64,000 nt of DNA from an uncultured Alphaproteobacteria bacterium (GTDB lineage: Bacteria; Pseudomonadota; Alphaproteobacteria; Rhizobiales; Methyloligellaceae). Below, piece by piece: positions 62,649-64,000 of the stretch; positions within the stretch are counted from its first letter, which is position 1; every line of letters begins with the position of its first letter. Below the pieces are notes generated by a model, which was given only the letters and a program-made list of their open reading frames with translations, was not told where the DNA came from and did not search any database. The stretch spans positions 6,793 to 70,792 of the forward strand of contig CAWFNK010000026.1 in NCBI GenBank assembly GCA_963817175.1, written 5' to 3'. The position numbers and the translations under genes were made by a program.

Positions 62649-64000
62649 TTAATGGTGCGCCCGGAACGATTGCACGCGGCAGGCGAGCCAGCCCGCAAAA
62701 CCGAGCAGCAACACCGAGATTTCGAGAACAATTCCGAACTGCACGAAGGGAGTCGTCGGGCCCACTTTGGGCAAGTCCGAATCGATCACGCCTTTCTCGC
62801 CGAGACCGATCTCGGCGAGAATTCGTCCGTAGGGATCGACCACCGCCGAGATGCCGGTGTTCGCCGCGCGGGCGACCGGCAAGCCTTGCTCGATCGCGCG
62901 CACGCGCGCTTGATGGAAATGCTGATATGGCCCGGCGCTCGATCCGAACCACGCATCGTTGGTCACGTTGAGCATCCATCCGGGGCGCTCGCCGTTCTCG
63001 ATGACCTCGTCGGGGAAGATGATCTCGTAGCAGATCAACGGACTCGCCGCCGGCGCGCCCGGCACGGTGAGACGCCGCGGACCTAAGCCGACGCTGAAGC
63101 CGCCGCGCACGCCGGTGAGCTGCATGACGCCGAGGCCCTCCAGGAAATCCTGGAACGGGAGATACTCGCCGAACGGCACGAGATGGATCTTGTCGTAGCT
63201 GCCGGTGACGCGGCCCTGATCGTCGATGACGAGCAGGCTGTTATAGATGCGCTCGGTGATGAACTCGTCCGCCGCGCCGAACTCATCGACGATCCGGCCC
63301 GAGCCGACGACGAGCGAGCTGCCCGCCGGCAGCACGGCGCCGATGGCAAGCAGCGCGTCGGGAGAATCGGCGAGGGGAAACGGCACGGCCGTCTCCGGCC
63401 AGATGACGATGTCGATGCCGGAGATGTCGCCCGCTTTGGTGAGGTCGAGATAGTCGGTGAAGATTTCGGCGCTGTTCTCGGGGCGCCATTTGTCGGCCTG
63501 GTCGATATTGGCTTGGACGATGCGCAGACGAATATCCGTGCTCGACTGGGCAGCACCGGCGAGCCGCCGCTCGCCCCACACATAGCCGAGCCCGAGCAGC
63601 AGCACGAGCGCGCCGGCCAGCGCGATGCTGCCTTTGCCGCCGCCGAGACCAGAGTCGTTGGGCGCGAAAATCGCCAACGGACTCGCGAACAGCAGCACGG
63701 CCACGAGGCTCAAGGCATAGACGCCGAGCAGGGCCGCGAGCTGCATCAGCGGCAAATTGGCAAGCAGCCCATAGCCGACGAGATTCCAGGGAAGCCCGGT
63801 CAGCACATGGCCGCGGGCGTATTCGGCGAGGCCGATGGCGATGGCGAGCGCGAACACCCGCCCCGCTCCCGGTTGCCAGAGCAGCATGGCAAGCGCGCAG
63901 GCCGCGGCGAAGAACAGCGCCATGCCGCCCGGCATTGCCGTCATGACCAAGGGGATCAGCCAGCCATGGCGCAAAGGCTCGACCAGAAAGGCCTCGGCGA
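62649..64000 (-). CDS. lnt: Apolipoprotein N-acyltransferase (partial; 5' end beyond the window)
   Basis: LTGLPWN, VQANI, IWPETA, YDKIHLVPFGEY, PLICYEIIF, NVTNDAWFG. Confidence 0.96.
   Translation of the reverse strand, partial: AEAFLVEPLRHGWLIPLVMTAMPGGMALFFAAACALAMLLWQPGAGRVFALAIAIGLAEYARGHVLTGLPWNLVGYGLLANLPLMQLAALLGVYALSLVAVLLFASPLAIFAPNDSGLGGGKGSIALAGALVLLLGLGYVWGERRLAGAAQSSTDIRLRIVQANIDQADKWRPENSAEIFTDYLDLTKAGDISGIDIVIWPETAVPFPLADSPDALLAIGAVLPAGSSLVVGSGRIVDEFGAADEFITERIYNSLLVIDDQGRVTGSYDKIHLVPFGEYLPFQDFLEGLGVMQLTGVRGGFSVGLGPRRLTVPGAPAASPLICYEIIFPDEVIENGERPGWMLNVTNDAWFGSSAGPYQHFHQARVRAIEQGLPVARAANTGISAVVDPYGRILAEIGLGEKGVIDSDLPKVGPTTPFVQFGIVLEISVLLLGFAGWLACRVQSFRAHH

Overview
High-GC alphaproteobacterial (Hyphomicrobiales-like, by inference) core chromosome segment. 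It contains polA (partial), tRNA-Arg(CCG), speD-speE, a PPi-type pfk, egtB-egtD, regA-regB and senC, two PHB depolymerases, the rpsT-rhodanese-dnaA-dnaN-recF-gyrB cluster, mutM/ubiE-ubiB-coaBC-dut-moeB, irr/fabA-fabB-fabI, and the lnt-metK-trmB-rimP-nusA-infB-rbfA-truB-rpsO-pnp block. I saw no integrase, transposase, prophage or CRISPR array. Several REP-like palindromic repeat families sit between genes. Many genes carry single-base frameshifts or odd substitutions. A conspicuous share of these fall in or beside GANTC (CcrM) motifs and most others fall in homopolymers, which points to long-read consensus errors rather than pseudogenes. The most interesting candidates are: (1) a receptor-like TIR-transmembrane-TPR gene inserted next to rpsT; (2) a type II NADH dehydrogenase fused to a cyclic-nucleotide-binding domain; (3) a ~350-nt multi-stem non-coding element upstream of pfk; (4) a Pol I whose proofreading motif has lost its acidic residues; (5) a speD reading-frame break with a prfB-like slippery/stop context. 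All assignments come from motif recognition by eye; no database search was run.
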